A stretch of DNA of 64,000 bases. It comes from Verrucomicrobiota bacterium (GTDB taxonomy: Bacteria; Verrucomicrobiota; Verrucomicrobiia; Limisphaerales; Palsa-1400). Location: assembly GCA_049510745.1 (NCBI GenBank), contig JBEKYR010000009.1, forward strand, positions 83,487-147,486. The letters run 5' to 3'. This document shows positions 1 to 9,404 of the stretch, in pieces. Below the pieces are notes generated by a model. The model was not told the origin of the DNA. It made no database searches and saw nothing but the letters and a program-made list of their open reading frames with translations. The position numbers and the translations under genes are program-made. Every line of letters starts with the position of its first letter. The first letter of the stretch is position 1.

Positions 1-6
1 TTATGC

Positions 7-228
7 ATGACCACCATGGTCGAAGCCATTTACGAAAATGGAGTGTTGAAGCTCCTCCGCCCGTTGCCTTTGAAGGAAAAGACTCAGGTCGTCATCATGA
101 TTCAGTCCAAAGGCGAACTTGGCGAGGCGAACGAACGAGAGGCGTGGCTGCGGTTATCCGAGGAGACTTTGACGAAAGCTTGGAGCAACCCGGCAGACGA
201 TGTCTTTAATGAGCTTCTCCATAGCTGA
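7..228 (+). CDS. Antitoxin, AF2212/DUF104-like N-terminus
   Basis: EAIYENGVLKLLRPLPLKE motif typical of the AF2212-like family; overlaps the downstream toxin gene. Confidence 0.75.
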   Translation: MTTMVEAIYENGVLKLLRPLPLKEKTQVVIMIQSKGELGEANEREAWLRLSEETLTKAWSNPADDVFNELLHS

Positions 229-526
229 GGTCATTCTTCTGCCGATTCCGTTCACTGATTTGACCAGCCGCAAGGTGCGGCCGGCCGTCGTCGTCGGCCA
301 CAGCAGTTTTGCGGGCGACCTTTTCGTGGTTCCGATTTCCTCGCAGTTACAGAATGTGGATTTGGCTCTGTTGGATTGGCGCGCAGCCGGACTGAATGTT
401 CCTTGCGGACTTAAGCCTCAACTCGCAACCATCGAAACCAGGTTGGTGGTTAAAGCCATTGGGGTTCTCTCTCCCCGCGACCAGGTCGCATGCAAGAATC
501 GGCTCCGGGCTTGGCTTGAATTGTAA
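209..526 (+). CDS. PemK/MazF family toxin
   Basis: VILLPIPFTDLTSRKVRPAVVV matches the P-F-x-D...K-x-RPA-V motif; start at 209 preferred over 200. Confidence 0.85.
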   Translation: MSFSIAEVILLPIPFTDLTSRKVRPAVVVGHSSFAGDLFVVPISSQLQNVDLALLDWRAAGLNVPCGLKPQLATIETRLVVKAIGVLSPRDQVACKNRLRAWLEL

Positions 527-538
527 TCCGTTACATTC

Positions 539-1654
539 ATGAATGCGTGTCCTCGGAATGAAATGTTCGCCCGCCTTCCCCGGATGATGCCGGCCGCAAG
601 CAAGCCATTTTTATTGCCGGTTGCTCTGGGATTGTTAAGTCTGGCAACGGTCAGGCTGTCCGCCGCCCAACCGGGTTTGCTGAGGGCCGAGTTTGTTTTC
701 GACTCCGCGCCCTTTCCACAATGTCACGCCTCCACCATCGTCGAAACCAAAGGCGGTTTGGCCGCCGCGTGGTTTGGCGGCAGCCACGAAAAAAGCCCGG
801 ACGTGGGTATCTGGCTCTCCAGGCACATCGACGGCAAATGGACCGCGCCGGTGGAAGTCGCCAACGGAGCGCAAACTCCTGCCAAACGTTATCCTTGTTG
901 GAATCCGGTTCTTTTTCAGCCTCGCACCGGCCCGTTGCTGCTCTTTTACAAGGTTGGGCCCGACCCCAAAGGCTGGTGGGGCATGCTCATGACCAGCTCC
1001 GATTACGGCAAAAGTTGGTCCATTCCAAGCCGCCTGCCGGAGAACATCATTGGGCCTGTGAAGAATAAGCCCGTGCAACTGGCCAACGGCGATATTCTCT
1101 GCGGCTCGAGCACCGAGGAAGCGGGTTGGCAGGTTCGTTTCGAGCGGACGAGCGACCTTGGCAAAACCTGGGAGAGAACCGGGCCAATCAACCAGCCCAA
1201 TGAAATCGGGGCCATCCAACCCAGCCTTCTCTTTCACCCAGCCAATCGCTTGCAGGCCCTTGGACGCACCCGGCAGGGAAAAATCTTCGAAACCTGGTCG
1301 GAAGACAATGGCAAGACCTGGGGCAAACTGACTTTAACCGCGCTCCCCAATCCCGACTCCGGCATCGACGCCGTCACGCTTCGGGATGGCCGTCAACTCC
1401 TGGTCTATAATCACACCGCCAATGGCCGCAGTCCGCTCAACATCGCTCTCTCGGCCGACGGCAAGCATTGGCAGGCCGCGTTGACCTTGGAGGACGAGCC
1501 GGGCAAGGAATTCTCCTACCCGGCGGTCATTCAAACGAGGGACGGCCTGGTGCATATTGTTTATACCTGGAATCGGAAGCGCATCAAACACGTCGTCGTC
1601 GAACCGGGCAAGCTGGCGTTGAGGCCGATGGAAAATGGAAATTGGCCCCGGTGA
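539..1654 (+). CDS. Sialidase-like (BNR/Asp-box) secreted glycoside hydrolase
   Basis: Signal peptide; CHASTIVE and WNPVLF motifs; Asp-boxes SSDYGKSW, TSDLGKTW, SEDNGKTW, SADGKHW; SYPAVIQ. Confidence 0.85.
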   Translation: MNACPRNEMFARLPRMMPAASKPFLLPVALGLLSLATVRLSAAQPGLLRAEFVFDSAPFPQCHASTIVETKGGLAAAWFGGSHEKSPDVGIWLSRHIDGKWTAPVEVANGAQTPAKRYPCWNPVLFQPRTGPLLLFYKVGPDPKGWWGMLMTSSDYGKSWSIPSRLPENIIGPVKNKPVQLANGDILCGSSTEEAGWQVRFERTSDLGKTWERTGPINQPNEIGAIQPSLLFHPANRLQALGRTRQGKIFETWSEDNGKTWGKLTLTALPNPDSGIDAVTLRDGRQLLVYNHTANGRSPLNIALSADGKHWQAALTLEDEPGKEFSYPAVIQTRDGLVHIVYTWNRKRIKHVVVEPGKLALRPMENGNWPR

Positions 1655-1682
1655 GCACAACCAGGTTCTGTGGTTTAACGGC

Positions 1683-1710
1683 TTGACCGTTATGTGAAAC
1701 ATGTTATCCT
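1683..1710 (+). promoter_or_regulatory. Sigma70-type promoter of the TA operon (probably leaderless)
   Basis: TTGACC-N16-TATCCT with TG extension; ATG 6 nt after the -10. Confidence 0.55.
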
Positions 1711-1716
1711 GAAGGC

Positions 1717-1989
1717 ATGAAAACGATCAGCATTCGGGATTTGCGCCAGAAATGGCCGGAGGCCGAATCGCGGCTGCAAGTGGAAAAGGAAATCATCATC
1801 ACCCGCGACACCAAACCGGTGGCCAAGCTGGTGCGTTACGTGGAACCGGAGAAAGCGCGCCGGCGCTTCGATCCGGCGGCCCATGCCAAATGGCAGAAGA
1901 AATGGAACGGCGGAAGAATTGTCCGGTTAGTGGACAAATACTTGCCGGCCGCCCGCGAAGACCGCCCGCTCATCCGTAAAGGCCGATGA
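1717..1989 (+). CDS. Phd/YefM family antitoxin
   Basis: MKTISIRDLR...EIIITRDTKPVAKLV; ATGA overlap with the PIN toxin. Confidence 0.85.
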   Translation: MKTISIRDLRQKWPEAESRLQVEKEIIITRDTKPVAKLVRYVEPEKARRRFDPAAHAKWQKKWNGGRIVRLVDKYLPAAREDRPLIRKGR

Positions 1990-2414
1990 TTTATCTCGAT
2001 AGCAGTTCCCTGTTGAAGTTGTTCCATGACGAGCCTGAAAGCGCCGGCGTCCGCCACGCCGTGGCGGCGGAATCCGAGGTGATTGTGTCGGCGCTGGCCC
2101 GACTGGAATCACGCATCCAGCTCAAGTCCGCCTGGCTGGGAGGCGACTACGGGAAAGCCCGTTACCTGGCCTTTGTGAAGAGACTCGATGAGCTTGCGGA
2201 AACCGCCCCGTTCCGTTTTGTGGATTTGGCGGGAAGCGTTTTTTCGACGGCCCTCCGTCAGGATTGGGGAGCCGGATCGCTTCATGTGCGGCTGCTGGAC
2301 CGCCTGCATCTGGCGGCCATGGAGGAACTGGGGGCGCGCCGGTTGATGACCAACGACGCGCATCAGGCGGCGGCGGCAAAAGCCCTGGGATGGGAAGTGC
2401 TTGTGCCTGGGTGA
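1986..2414 (+). CDS. VapC family PIN toxin
   Basis: IYLDSSSLLK...E...LDRLHLAA...TND PIN motifs. Confidence 0.88.
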   Translation: MIYLDSSSLLKLFHDEPESAGVRHAVAAESEVIVSALARLESRIQLKSAWLGGDYGKARYLAFVKRLDELAETAPFRFVDLAGSVFSTALRQDWGAGSLHVRLLDRLHLAAMEELGARRLMTNDAHQAAAAKALGWEVLVPG

Positions 2415-2508
2415 TTAGCGGAATCACAAACACCGCCGCAGCGCGATCAAGGTTGAATTTGAGCTGTTTCATGGTTGCGACCGGGCCGGAGGTCGTTTAA
2501 GCTCAATT

Positions 2509-3885
2509 TTGCTTATGACGCTCACTGAGAAGATTTTAGCTCGCGCCGCGGGCAAGAGCCGGGTCGCGGCGGGCGATAATGTCTGGGTCAAGGCCGACCT
2601 CCTGATGACCCATGATGTCTGCGGGCCGGGCACCATCGGCGTCTTTAAACGCGAGTTCGGCCCCGCCGCCAAAGTCTGGGACCGCACCCGCGTGGTCATC
2701 ATCCCGGACCATTACATTTTTACGGCCGACTCCAAGTCCAATCGCAACGTCGATCTCCTGCGCGACTTCGTGCGGGAGCAGAATATCACTTATTTCTACG
2801 ACGTGATTGACGATCCCAATGGCACATGGAAGTTCGATCCCGGCAAAGGGCCGTTGCAGCGCCAATACGGCTCGCACTACGCCGGCGTCTGCCACACCGC
2901 CCTGCCGCAGAAGGGCCACACCCGGCCCGGCGAAATCCTTTTCGGGACCGATTCCCATACCTGCATGGCAGGCGCCTTCAACGAGTTCGCCACCGGCATC
3001 GGCAACACCGACGCCGGCTTCGTCATGGGCACCGGCAAATTGCTCCTGAAAGTTCCCGAATCCATGCATTTCCGCCTCGAAGGCAAATTGCAGCGGGGCG
3101 TCATGGCGAAGGACATCATTTTGCATTGCATCGGCGAAATTGGCTTCGACGGCGCCACTTATCGCGCCATGCAGTTTGACGGCGAAGGCGTCAAGCATTT
3201 GTCCATGGACGACCGGATGACCATCGCCAACATGGCGATCGAGGCCGGCGGCAAAAACGGGATTTTTGAATTTGACGAACAGACCAGGACGGCGGTGGAC
3301 TATCGCTGCAAGCTCAACGGCACCCGGGCCGCTTACGAACCGGTCGAGCGGGACGCCGGCGAGAAATTCGTCTATGAACTGGTGGTCGATCTCTCCAAAC
3401 TGGAGCCGACCGTCGCCTGCCATCCCGATCCGGGCCGGCGCAAATTGGCCAGGGAAATGACTTCCCTCAAGCTGGACCGCGCCTATGTCGGCTCCTGCAC
3501 CGGCGGCAAGACGAGTGACTTCCTGGAAGCCGCCCGCGTCTTGCGCGGACGCAAAGTGGTCATCGACACCTTTGGTGTCCCGGCCACGCCGGAAATCGTG
3601 CATGACTTGCAGACCGCCCGCTGGGGCGACAAGTCGGTCTGGCAAATCCTGGTGGACGCAGGGGTGCAAATGACGGAAAACGCCGGTTGCGCCGCCTGCC
3701 TGGGTGGGCCGGTCGATACCTTCGGGCGAATGAACGCCCCGCTCAAGTGCATCAGCGCCACCAACCGCAATTTCCCCGGCCGCATGGGCCACCGGGAGTC
3801 ACAGGTGTTTCTGGCCTCGCCCGCCACGGTGGCGGCCAGCGCGTTGACCGGACACATCACCGACCCTCGCGAGTATTTGAGCTGA
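2509..3885 (+). CDS. leuC: 3-isopropylmalate dehydratase/homoaconitase family large subunit
   Basis: PDH, GVCH, GTDSHTC, GSCTGG, CAACLG and TNRNFPGRMG aconitase-family motifs; start may be ATG 2515. Confidence 0.85.
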   Translation: MLMTLTEKILARAAGKSRVAAGDNVWVKADLLMTHDVCGPGTIGVFKREFGPAAKVWDRTRVVIIPDHYIFTADSKSNRNVDLLRDFVREQNITYFYDVIDDPNGTWKFDPGKGPLQRQYGSHYAGVCHTALPQKGHTRPGEILFGTDSHTCMAGAFNEFATGIGNTDAGFVMGTGKLLLKVPESMHFRLEGKLQRGVMAKDIILHCIGEIGFDGATYRAMQFDGEGVKHLSMDDRMTIANMAIEAGGKNGIFEFDEQTRTAVDYRCKLNGTRAAYEPVERDAGEKFVYELVVDLSKLEPTVACHPDPGRRKLAREMTSLKLDRAYVGSCTGGKTSDFLEAARVLRGRKVVIDTFGVPATPEIVHDLQTARWGDKSVWQILVDAGVQMTENAGCAACLGGPVDTFGRMNAPLKCISATNRNFPGRMGHRESQVFLASPATVAASALTGHITDPREYLS

Positions 3886-3903
3886 TTTTTCGGGATTGTC
3901 ATT

Positions 3904-5811
3904 GTGCAACAGGCGACTTTGGAGGCGCCTCCTCTGGGCGGCGCGCGCGAGCGGATTGACGCATGGTGTGAACGCGCCATTCTCGCCCTGGTGCTCTTTA
4001 TCCTTGTCTGGAGCCCCCTGGCCCTCGGTTCCACCCGTCCCCTGGAATTCCTGGTGATTCAAGGCCTGACGGTTGTGGCGGTGGCGCTCTGGGCGGTGCG
4101 GCTCTGGACTCAGCACCCCTTCCGGCTGCTATGGCCGCCGATGTGCTGGGCGGTGCTGGCCTTTGTCCTCTACGCCTTGGCCCGTTGTCCCTTGGTGCCG
4201 GTGGAATATGTCGGTCGGCAGCAGTTGACGCATGTCCTGGTTTACGCCGCGTGGTTTGTCGTTGTTCTCAACAACCTGACCCGCCGGGAATCGGCGATGA
4301 TCGTGAGCCTGACACTGATCGCCGTCGGGACGGCGCTTTCCTTCTTCGCCATGTTTCAATTTGCCACGCACTCCCCGAACATTTGGGGAGAACCCCGGCC
4401 GGAACAGTATCTCCCGCGGGGCAGCGGGACTTTTATCAACCCCAACAGCCTGGCCGGCTATCTGGGAATGCTCGTGCCGCTGGCGCTGGCCTATACGGTC
4501 ATGAGCCGGCTCTCGGCCACGATCAAGGTCTTGCTGGCTTACAGCGCCGTCGCCATGCTGGTGGGCATCGTCCTCACCGTCTCGCGCGGCGGCTTGGTCG
4601 CGGCAAGCGTCGCGCTGGTGCTCTTTTGCCTGGTTCTGGTCGTGCAGCGGGATTTTTGGCTGCCGGCGATTGTCACCGGCTGTTTGTTGTTGGCGGCGGG
4701 TTTTTGCTTCACCAACCAGGTCAGTTCCGTGCAGCGACGCTTCGCCCAGGCGTTCCGCAATGATACGGTCGAGGATGATCGGATGTTCTATTGGATGGGC
4801 GCCCGGCAATTGTTCGCCGGCAATAGGCTCTGGGGAGTGGGACCGGGCCACTTCGATGTCGAGTTCCCCAAGGTGCGCCCCACTTCCATTCAAAACCGTC
4901 CCGAGTACGCGCACAATGATTACCTCAATACGCTCTGCGAATGGGGCGTGGCGGGCATGGCCATTATTGCGGCGGCTTGCGCTTTGCTTTTCTTCGGCGC
5001 CTTCAAAGTCTGGCGCGCCGTGCGCAAAGACCATCATGACCTCGCCTCCAGGCCCAGCGACAGGGCCGCTTTTGTCGTGGGCGCTTCCGCCGGCCTGATC
5101 GGCGTCATGCTCCATTGCGCGGTGGAGTTCAACATGCAGATCCCCGCCACCGCCATCACGGCCGTCGCGCTCATGGCCCTGCTCACGGCCCAATGGCGCT
5201 TTGCCACCGAACACTTCTGGCGCAATCCCGGCCGCGTCGGAAAAATCCTCTTGACCGCCCTGGCCGCGGCCGCGGCGGGTTCTCTCGCTCTGAAGGGCCT
5301 CCAACGCGGCATCGAAGCCTGGTGGCTCTGGCGGGCGGATACCGAGACGGCCTCCTGGGAGCAAGTCCTGGCCGACCTGAAGAAGGCGCACCAGGCCGAT
5401 CCCACCAACGCCGAAACGGACATTGCGCTGGGCGAGAACTGCCGCCTGCTCAGTCTGGAGGCCAATCCGGGCTATGAAGACAAGGCCAGGGAAGCCATCC
5501 AGTGGTTCGACAAAGCCATGCAGTTGAACCCCTTCGACGCCCTGGCCCCATTGCGCCGCGGCATGTGCCTGGACTGGATTGGACAATCGCAGCAAGCCAG
5601 CCCGTTTTTCGATCTGGCGGCGCGGCGCGACCCCAACGACTCTTACATCGCCACCGAAGTGGGACGCCATTACGTTGCCCTGCGAGAGTACACGATGGCG
5701 TCATGGTGGTTCCAACGGTCCCTGAACCTCTCCTGGACCCTGTTCGCCTACGAAGAATGGCAACTGGTGGAGAGCCGGATGGGGAACCCCCTTGATAATG
5801 CGCCAAAATAG
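3904..5811 (+). CDS. O-antigen ligase (Wzy_C) family membrane protein with C-terminal TPR
   Basis: Many TM segments; GTFINPNSLAGYL, SRGG, GVGPGHF and AHNDYL motifs; TPR-like tail. Confidence 0.85.
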   Translation: MQQATLEAPPLGGARERIDAWCERAILALVLFILVWSPLALGSTRPLEFLVIQGLTVVAVALWAVRLWTQHPFRLLWPPMCWAVLAFVLYALARCPLVPVEYVGRQQLTHVLVYAAWFVVVLNNLTRRESAMIVSLTLIAVGTALSFFAMFQFATHSPNIWGEPRPEQYLPRGSGTFINPNSLAGYLGMLVPLALAYTVMSRLSATIKVLLAYSAVAMLVGIVLTVSRGGLVAASVALVLFCLVLVVQRDFWLPAIVTGCLLLAAGFCFTNQVSSVQRRFAQAFRNDTVEDDRMFYWMGARQLFAGNRLWGVGPGHFDVEFPKVRPTSIQNRPEYAHNDYLNTLCEWGVAGMAIIAAACALLFFGAFKVWRAVRKDHHDLASRPSDRAAFVVGASAGLIGVMLHCAVEFNMQIPATAITAVALMALLTAQWRFATEHFWRNPGRVGKILLTALAAAAAGSLALKGLQRGIEAWWLWRADTETASWEQVLADLKKAHQADPTNAETDIALGENCRLLSLEANPGYEDKAREAIQWFDKAMQLNPFDALAPLRRGMCLDWIGQSQQASPFFDLAARRDPNDSYIATEVGRHYVALREYTMASWWFQRSLNLSWTLFAYEEWQLVESRMGNPLDNAPK

Positions 5812-5926
5812 GGGATCGGACCACGATCAAGCGAAAATCATTTTGCCGCATCCGATACTTGCATTCTGCCCCAAGGCACTCCATGCTGGGGCCGGAAAAC
5901 AATTTATTGGTCGTTCTGCAGGTTAG

Positions 5927-7618
5927 ATGAACACATCGCCAGAATCTGAATTGGACCTCGAAAAGCTCTTTCTCCCGGCTTGGGCGCAAGACTCCTCCAA
6001 GGTCAACCGCTATGCCAACTTCGCGGGGGACGACCGGCGCGAACGCTCCTTCGACGACCGCAGAGGCGCCCGCCCGCCCCGCCGCGACAGGCCCGCAGGC
6101 CCGAGACCCAGAGGCCCCCGCCCCGAGGGCGCCGCCCAGGGAAGACGCCGCCCCGAAGCGGCCGGCCCGGCCGAACAGGCTCCCAGGCGCGAACCGCCGC
6201 CTCCGCCCCCCGATATCGCCGTCGTTCTCCTTCCGGACGACAAGGGCGTGGAATCGCTCGCCCGCCAGATTCGCGTGACGGGCCGCGCCTATCCTCTATT
6301 TGACATCGCCCAATTGATTTTGCAGAGACCGGAGCGCCAGCAGGTCCGCTTCGAGGTCAAGAAGAACGCGGAGGGCAAGCCCCTCCAGCCCCTCTTCCTT
6401 TGCGCCCTGGACGACACCCTCTGGCTCTCCGAGGACGAGGCCGTGGCTCATATCCTGGCCCGCCATTTCGACACCTTCTACCAGGCCGAACGGACGGCGA
6501 CCGAGCCGCCGCGGGGAACCTACACCTTCGTCGCCCAATGCGGCCTCAGCGGGGCGATCCTGGGTCCCCCCAACTACCACGATTACCAGAATCAATTGCG
6601 CAAACTCCACGCCGAACGATTCTCCCGCATGCCTTTCGAGGCCTTCAAGGCCCGCGTCAAGATCGTCAAGGACGAGGCCGTCGTCAAAAAATGGATCGAA
6701 GATCACAGCTTCAAGACCGAATACAACTGCCTCAACGTGCCCGAACCGCGCCGCCTGGCCAACCGCGAGGAGTTGGAACGCCATTTCCGCGAAGTCCACC
6801 TCCCCAACGTCGTCAAATCGGTCGATTCCCACACCCTCAGCGGCGCCGCCGCCCGCCAACTCCGCTCGCCCGGTTTGCAGCGCGCCTTGCGCCTCGTCTC
6901 CGAGGACCAGCGCCGCTTCCCCTTGCAGGTCGCCACCGTTTTGAGCCAGCAATTCGCCTCCTACGGTTTGCAGTTCTTCAAGGTCAACCGCACCGTCACC
7001 CATGTCTCGGTCGCCCGGCCCCGCTTTTTGGACCTCGACGCCACCCCGGCTTCCGAAGGTGTCAAGCGCATTGTTCAATTCATCAACGCCCACCCCAAAT
7101 GCACCCGCCGCATGTTGCTCGACACCCTGGCCCCTTCACCCGCCCCCGCCGCCGCGCCACCTGCCCCGGCCGGCGCCCCGGCCGGCGCTCCGGCTGACGC
7201 CCCAACTCCGCCGCCCGCCCCCGAAGCCGCGCCGGAACAAACCGCGCTGGCCAGCGATTTGCATTGGCTCGTTCACGAAGGTCACGTCATCGAGTTTGCC
7301 AACGGCACCCTGGAAACCGCCAAACGGCCCGTTCCCAGGCCGCCCAAGCCGGACAAGAAACCCGAAGCAGCCCCCGCCACGGACGCCGCTCCCGCCAGCG
7401 CCGAAGCGCCCGCGGAAACTCCGGCGGCCAGCGCCCTTGAAACCGCTCCGCCCGCTCCGCCCGCAACCGCCGCAGAAGCCGCTCCCGTCGGCGCCGAAGC
7501 TCCCGCGGAAGCTCCGGCGGCCAGCGCCCTTGAAAGCGCGCCGCCCGCTCCGCCCGCAACCGCCGCCGACTCCCCCGCGCCGCCGGCGCCCGGCCCCGCC
7601 CCGGAAACCGGCGCCTGA
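5927..7618 (+). CDS. Hypothetical protein with Arg-rich N-terminus and Pro/Ala-rich tail
   Basis: Long ORF with host-like GC3 bias; globular core flanked by low-complexity regions. Confidence 0.75.
   Translation: MNTSPESELDLEKLFLPAWAQDSSKVNRYANFAGDDRRERSFDDRRGARPPRRDRPAGPRPRGPRPEGAAQGRRRPEAAGPAEQAPRREPPPPPPDIAVVLLPDDKGVESLARQIRVTGRAYPLFDIAQLILQRPERQQVRFEVKKNAEGKPLQPLFLCALDDTLWLSEDEAVAHILARHFDTFYQAERTATEPPRGTYTFVAQCGLSGAILGPPNYHDYQNQLRKLHAERFSRMPFEAFKARVKIVKDEAVVKKWIEDHSFKTEYNCLNVPEPRRLANREELERHFREVHLPNVVKSVDSHTLSGAAARQLRSPGLQRALRLVSEDQRRFPLQVATVLSQQFASYGLQFFKVNRTVTHVSVARPRFLDLDATPASEGVKRIVQFINAHPKCTRRMLLDTLAPSPAPAAAPPAPAGAPAGAPADAPTPPPAPEAAPEQTALASDLHWLVHEGHVIEFANGTLETAKRPVPRPPKPDKKPEAAPATDAAPASAEAPAETPAASALETAPPAPPATAAEAAPVGAEAPAEAPAASALESAPPAPPATAADSPAPPAPGPAPETGA
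7385..7570 (+). repeat. Intragenic 93-bp tandem duplication (31-aa Pro/Ala repeat)
   Basis: APASAEAPAETPAASALETAPPAPPATAA followed by APVGAEAPAEAPAASALESAPPAPPATAA. Confidence 0.85.
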
Positions 7619-7666
7619 CCCTGTCAAACAGCTTGCCCAAACCGGGCAGCCAGACGATCTTACACC

Positions 7667-8899
7667 ATGCCTTTTACTAAATTCGGCCTCTCTCCGGCGA
7701 CTCTGCAAGGAGTCAAGGCGATGGGCTTCATCGAACCCACCCCCGTCCAACTGCGGGCCATTCCCTTGATCATGGCCGGCCACGATGTCATCGGCAGCGC
7801 CCAAACCGGCACCGGCAAGACCGCCGCCTTCGCCCTCCCCATCCTCTCCCTGCTCGGCGAGCACGAGCCAAAGACCCGCTGCCTGGTCCTGGAGCCAACC
7901 CGCGAATTGGCCGCCCAGGTCGAAACCGCCATCCACGATTTCGCCCGCTTCACCCGCCTCCGCACCGCCGTCGTTTACGGCGGCGTCGGTTACGGCAAGC
8001 AACTCGACGCCCTCCGCGCCGGCGCCGACGTCATTATCGCCACGCCCGGCCGTCTGCTCGACCACATGGAACGCGGCGCCTGCCGCCTCGATTCCGTCAA
8101 ATACCTCGTCCTTGATGAAGCCGACCGGATGCTCGACATGGGGTTCCTGCCCGATGTCAAGCGCATTGTCCAGAAATGTCCCCGCGAACGCCACACCTCC
8201 CTTTTCTCCGCCACCATTCCCCCGGAGATCGAGACCTTGATCCAGTGGGCCATGAAAAATCCGCAGACGGTGGAAATCGGCGCCCGCCGCACCCCCGCCG
8301 AAACGGTCGAGCACGTCATCTACCCCGTTGCCGAGACGCAGAAGCAGGCCCTGCTCCTCGAATTGCTCGAACGCGTCCAATACGAATCGGTCATCGTTTT
8401 TTGCCGCACCAAACATCGCGCCGACCAGATCGCCCACCTCCTCAAGAAAAACAACCACGCCGTCGCCGTCCTCCATTCCAACCGCACCCAGCGCGAACGC
8501 GAGGACGCCCTGCGCGGCTTCCGCCAGGGACACTACGAAGCCCTGGTCGCCACCGACATTGCCTCCCGCGGCCTGGACATCGCCGATGTCAGCCACGTTG
8601 TCAACTACGACGTGCCCCAGCATCCGGAAGATTACATCCATCGCATTGGCCGCACCGGCCGGGCCGAGCACTCGGGAGACGCCTTCACCCTGATGGTCGC
8701 GGCCGACGCCCCGCACGTTTATGCCATCGAGCGGTTCATAGGCAAAAAGATCGTCCGCCTCAAACTCGACAAGTTTGATTATCAGTACACCGCGCTCTTT
8801 GAAGAGGAGAAGCCGGGACAGAAAGGCTCTTTTCCCGGCAAAGTCCGTGGCGCCCGCATCCGTGGCGGCTATTTCTTCGGCCCGGCCCGAAGGCGCTAA
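7667..8899 (+). CDS. DEAD-box RNA helicase (RhlE-like)
   Basis: Q motif, AQTGTGKT, PTRELA, DEAD, SAT and HRIGRTGR motifs. Confidence 0.95.
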   Translation: MPFTKFGLSPATLQGVKAMGFIEPTPVQLRAIPLIMAGHDVIGSAQTGTGKTAAFALPILSLLGEHEPKTRCLVLEPTRELAAQVETAIHDFARFTRLRTAVVYGGVGYGKQLDALRAGADVIIATPGRLLDHMERGACRLDSVKYLVLDEADRMLDMGFLPDVKRIVQKCPRERHTSLFSATIPPEIETLIQWAMKNPQTVEIGARRTPAETVEHVIYPVAETQKQALLLELLERVQYESVIVFCRTKHRADQIAHLLKKNNHAVAVLHSNRTQREREDALRGFRQGHYEALVATDIASRGLDIADVSHVVNYDVPQHPEDYIHRIGRTGRAEHSGDAFTLMVAADAPHVYAIERFIGKKIVRLKLDKFDYQYTALFEEEKPGQKGSFPGKVRGARIRGGYFFGPARRR

Positions 8900-9042
8900 C
8901 CGCAATTCCCGGTTTTCTTCTAAGTAACTCATTCTGAAGATGCTGGTCAGCAACAACTTGCAAAACTTAGAAAAATGCGCTTTTGGCGGCGGAAATGGTC
9001 ACAGTTACCTTCCTCCGCCCGCCACTTGTGGTTGATTTGCTT

Positions 9043-9070
9043 AATCGTAATCGCAATCGTAATCGTAATC
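9043..9070. repeat. Hexamer tandem repeat (AATCGT)n
   Basis: aatcgtaatcgcaatcgtaatcgtaatc. Confidence 0.85.
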
Positions 9071-9404
9071 TAGCCTGCTCGAAATCTGTCTTCGATCGGC
9101 GGACCCCACATTCGGTAGGGACGCGGTGCCCCGCCGCTGACCTCTCCCCCGCCAGCGGAACCCCTTCGACAATGAAATTAGGAGCGCGACCGTTTTATCG
9201 CGCCGACTCGTCGCGCCAAAGCAAAGCGACGGCGGAACCCGAGCGCGCATCATAAGCGTCAGAGCGCATAATGCTTATGCAACTCTCATGGCAAAACCCA
9301 GAGGTGCCAGAGAGGACGCTTGTTTTTAATCCCTGCCTTGTGGCAGCGCTACTCGGTGAGCCGTCACTTTTTTGCCAAATCCGTGAGATGGCTGTGAATT
9401 TGGT

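Noticed and set aside
7132..7143. 12-bp match (CCCTTCACCCGC) to the tRNA-Gly 3' end as a possible att copy
   Set aside because: Short, GC-rich, inside an intact CDS and on the wrong side of the tRNA; likely chance
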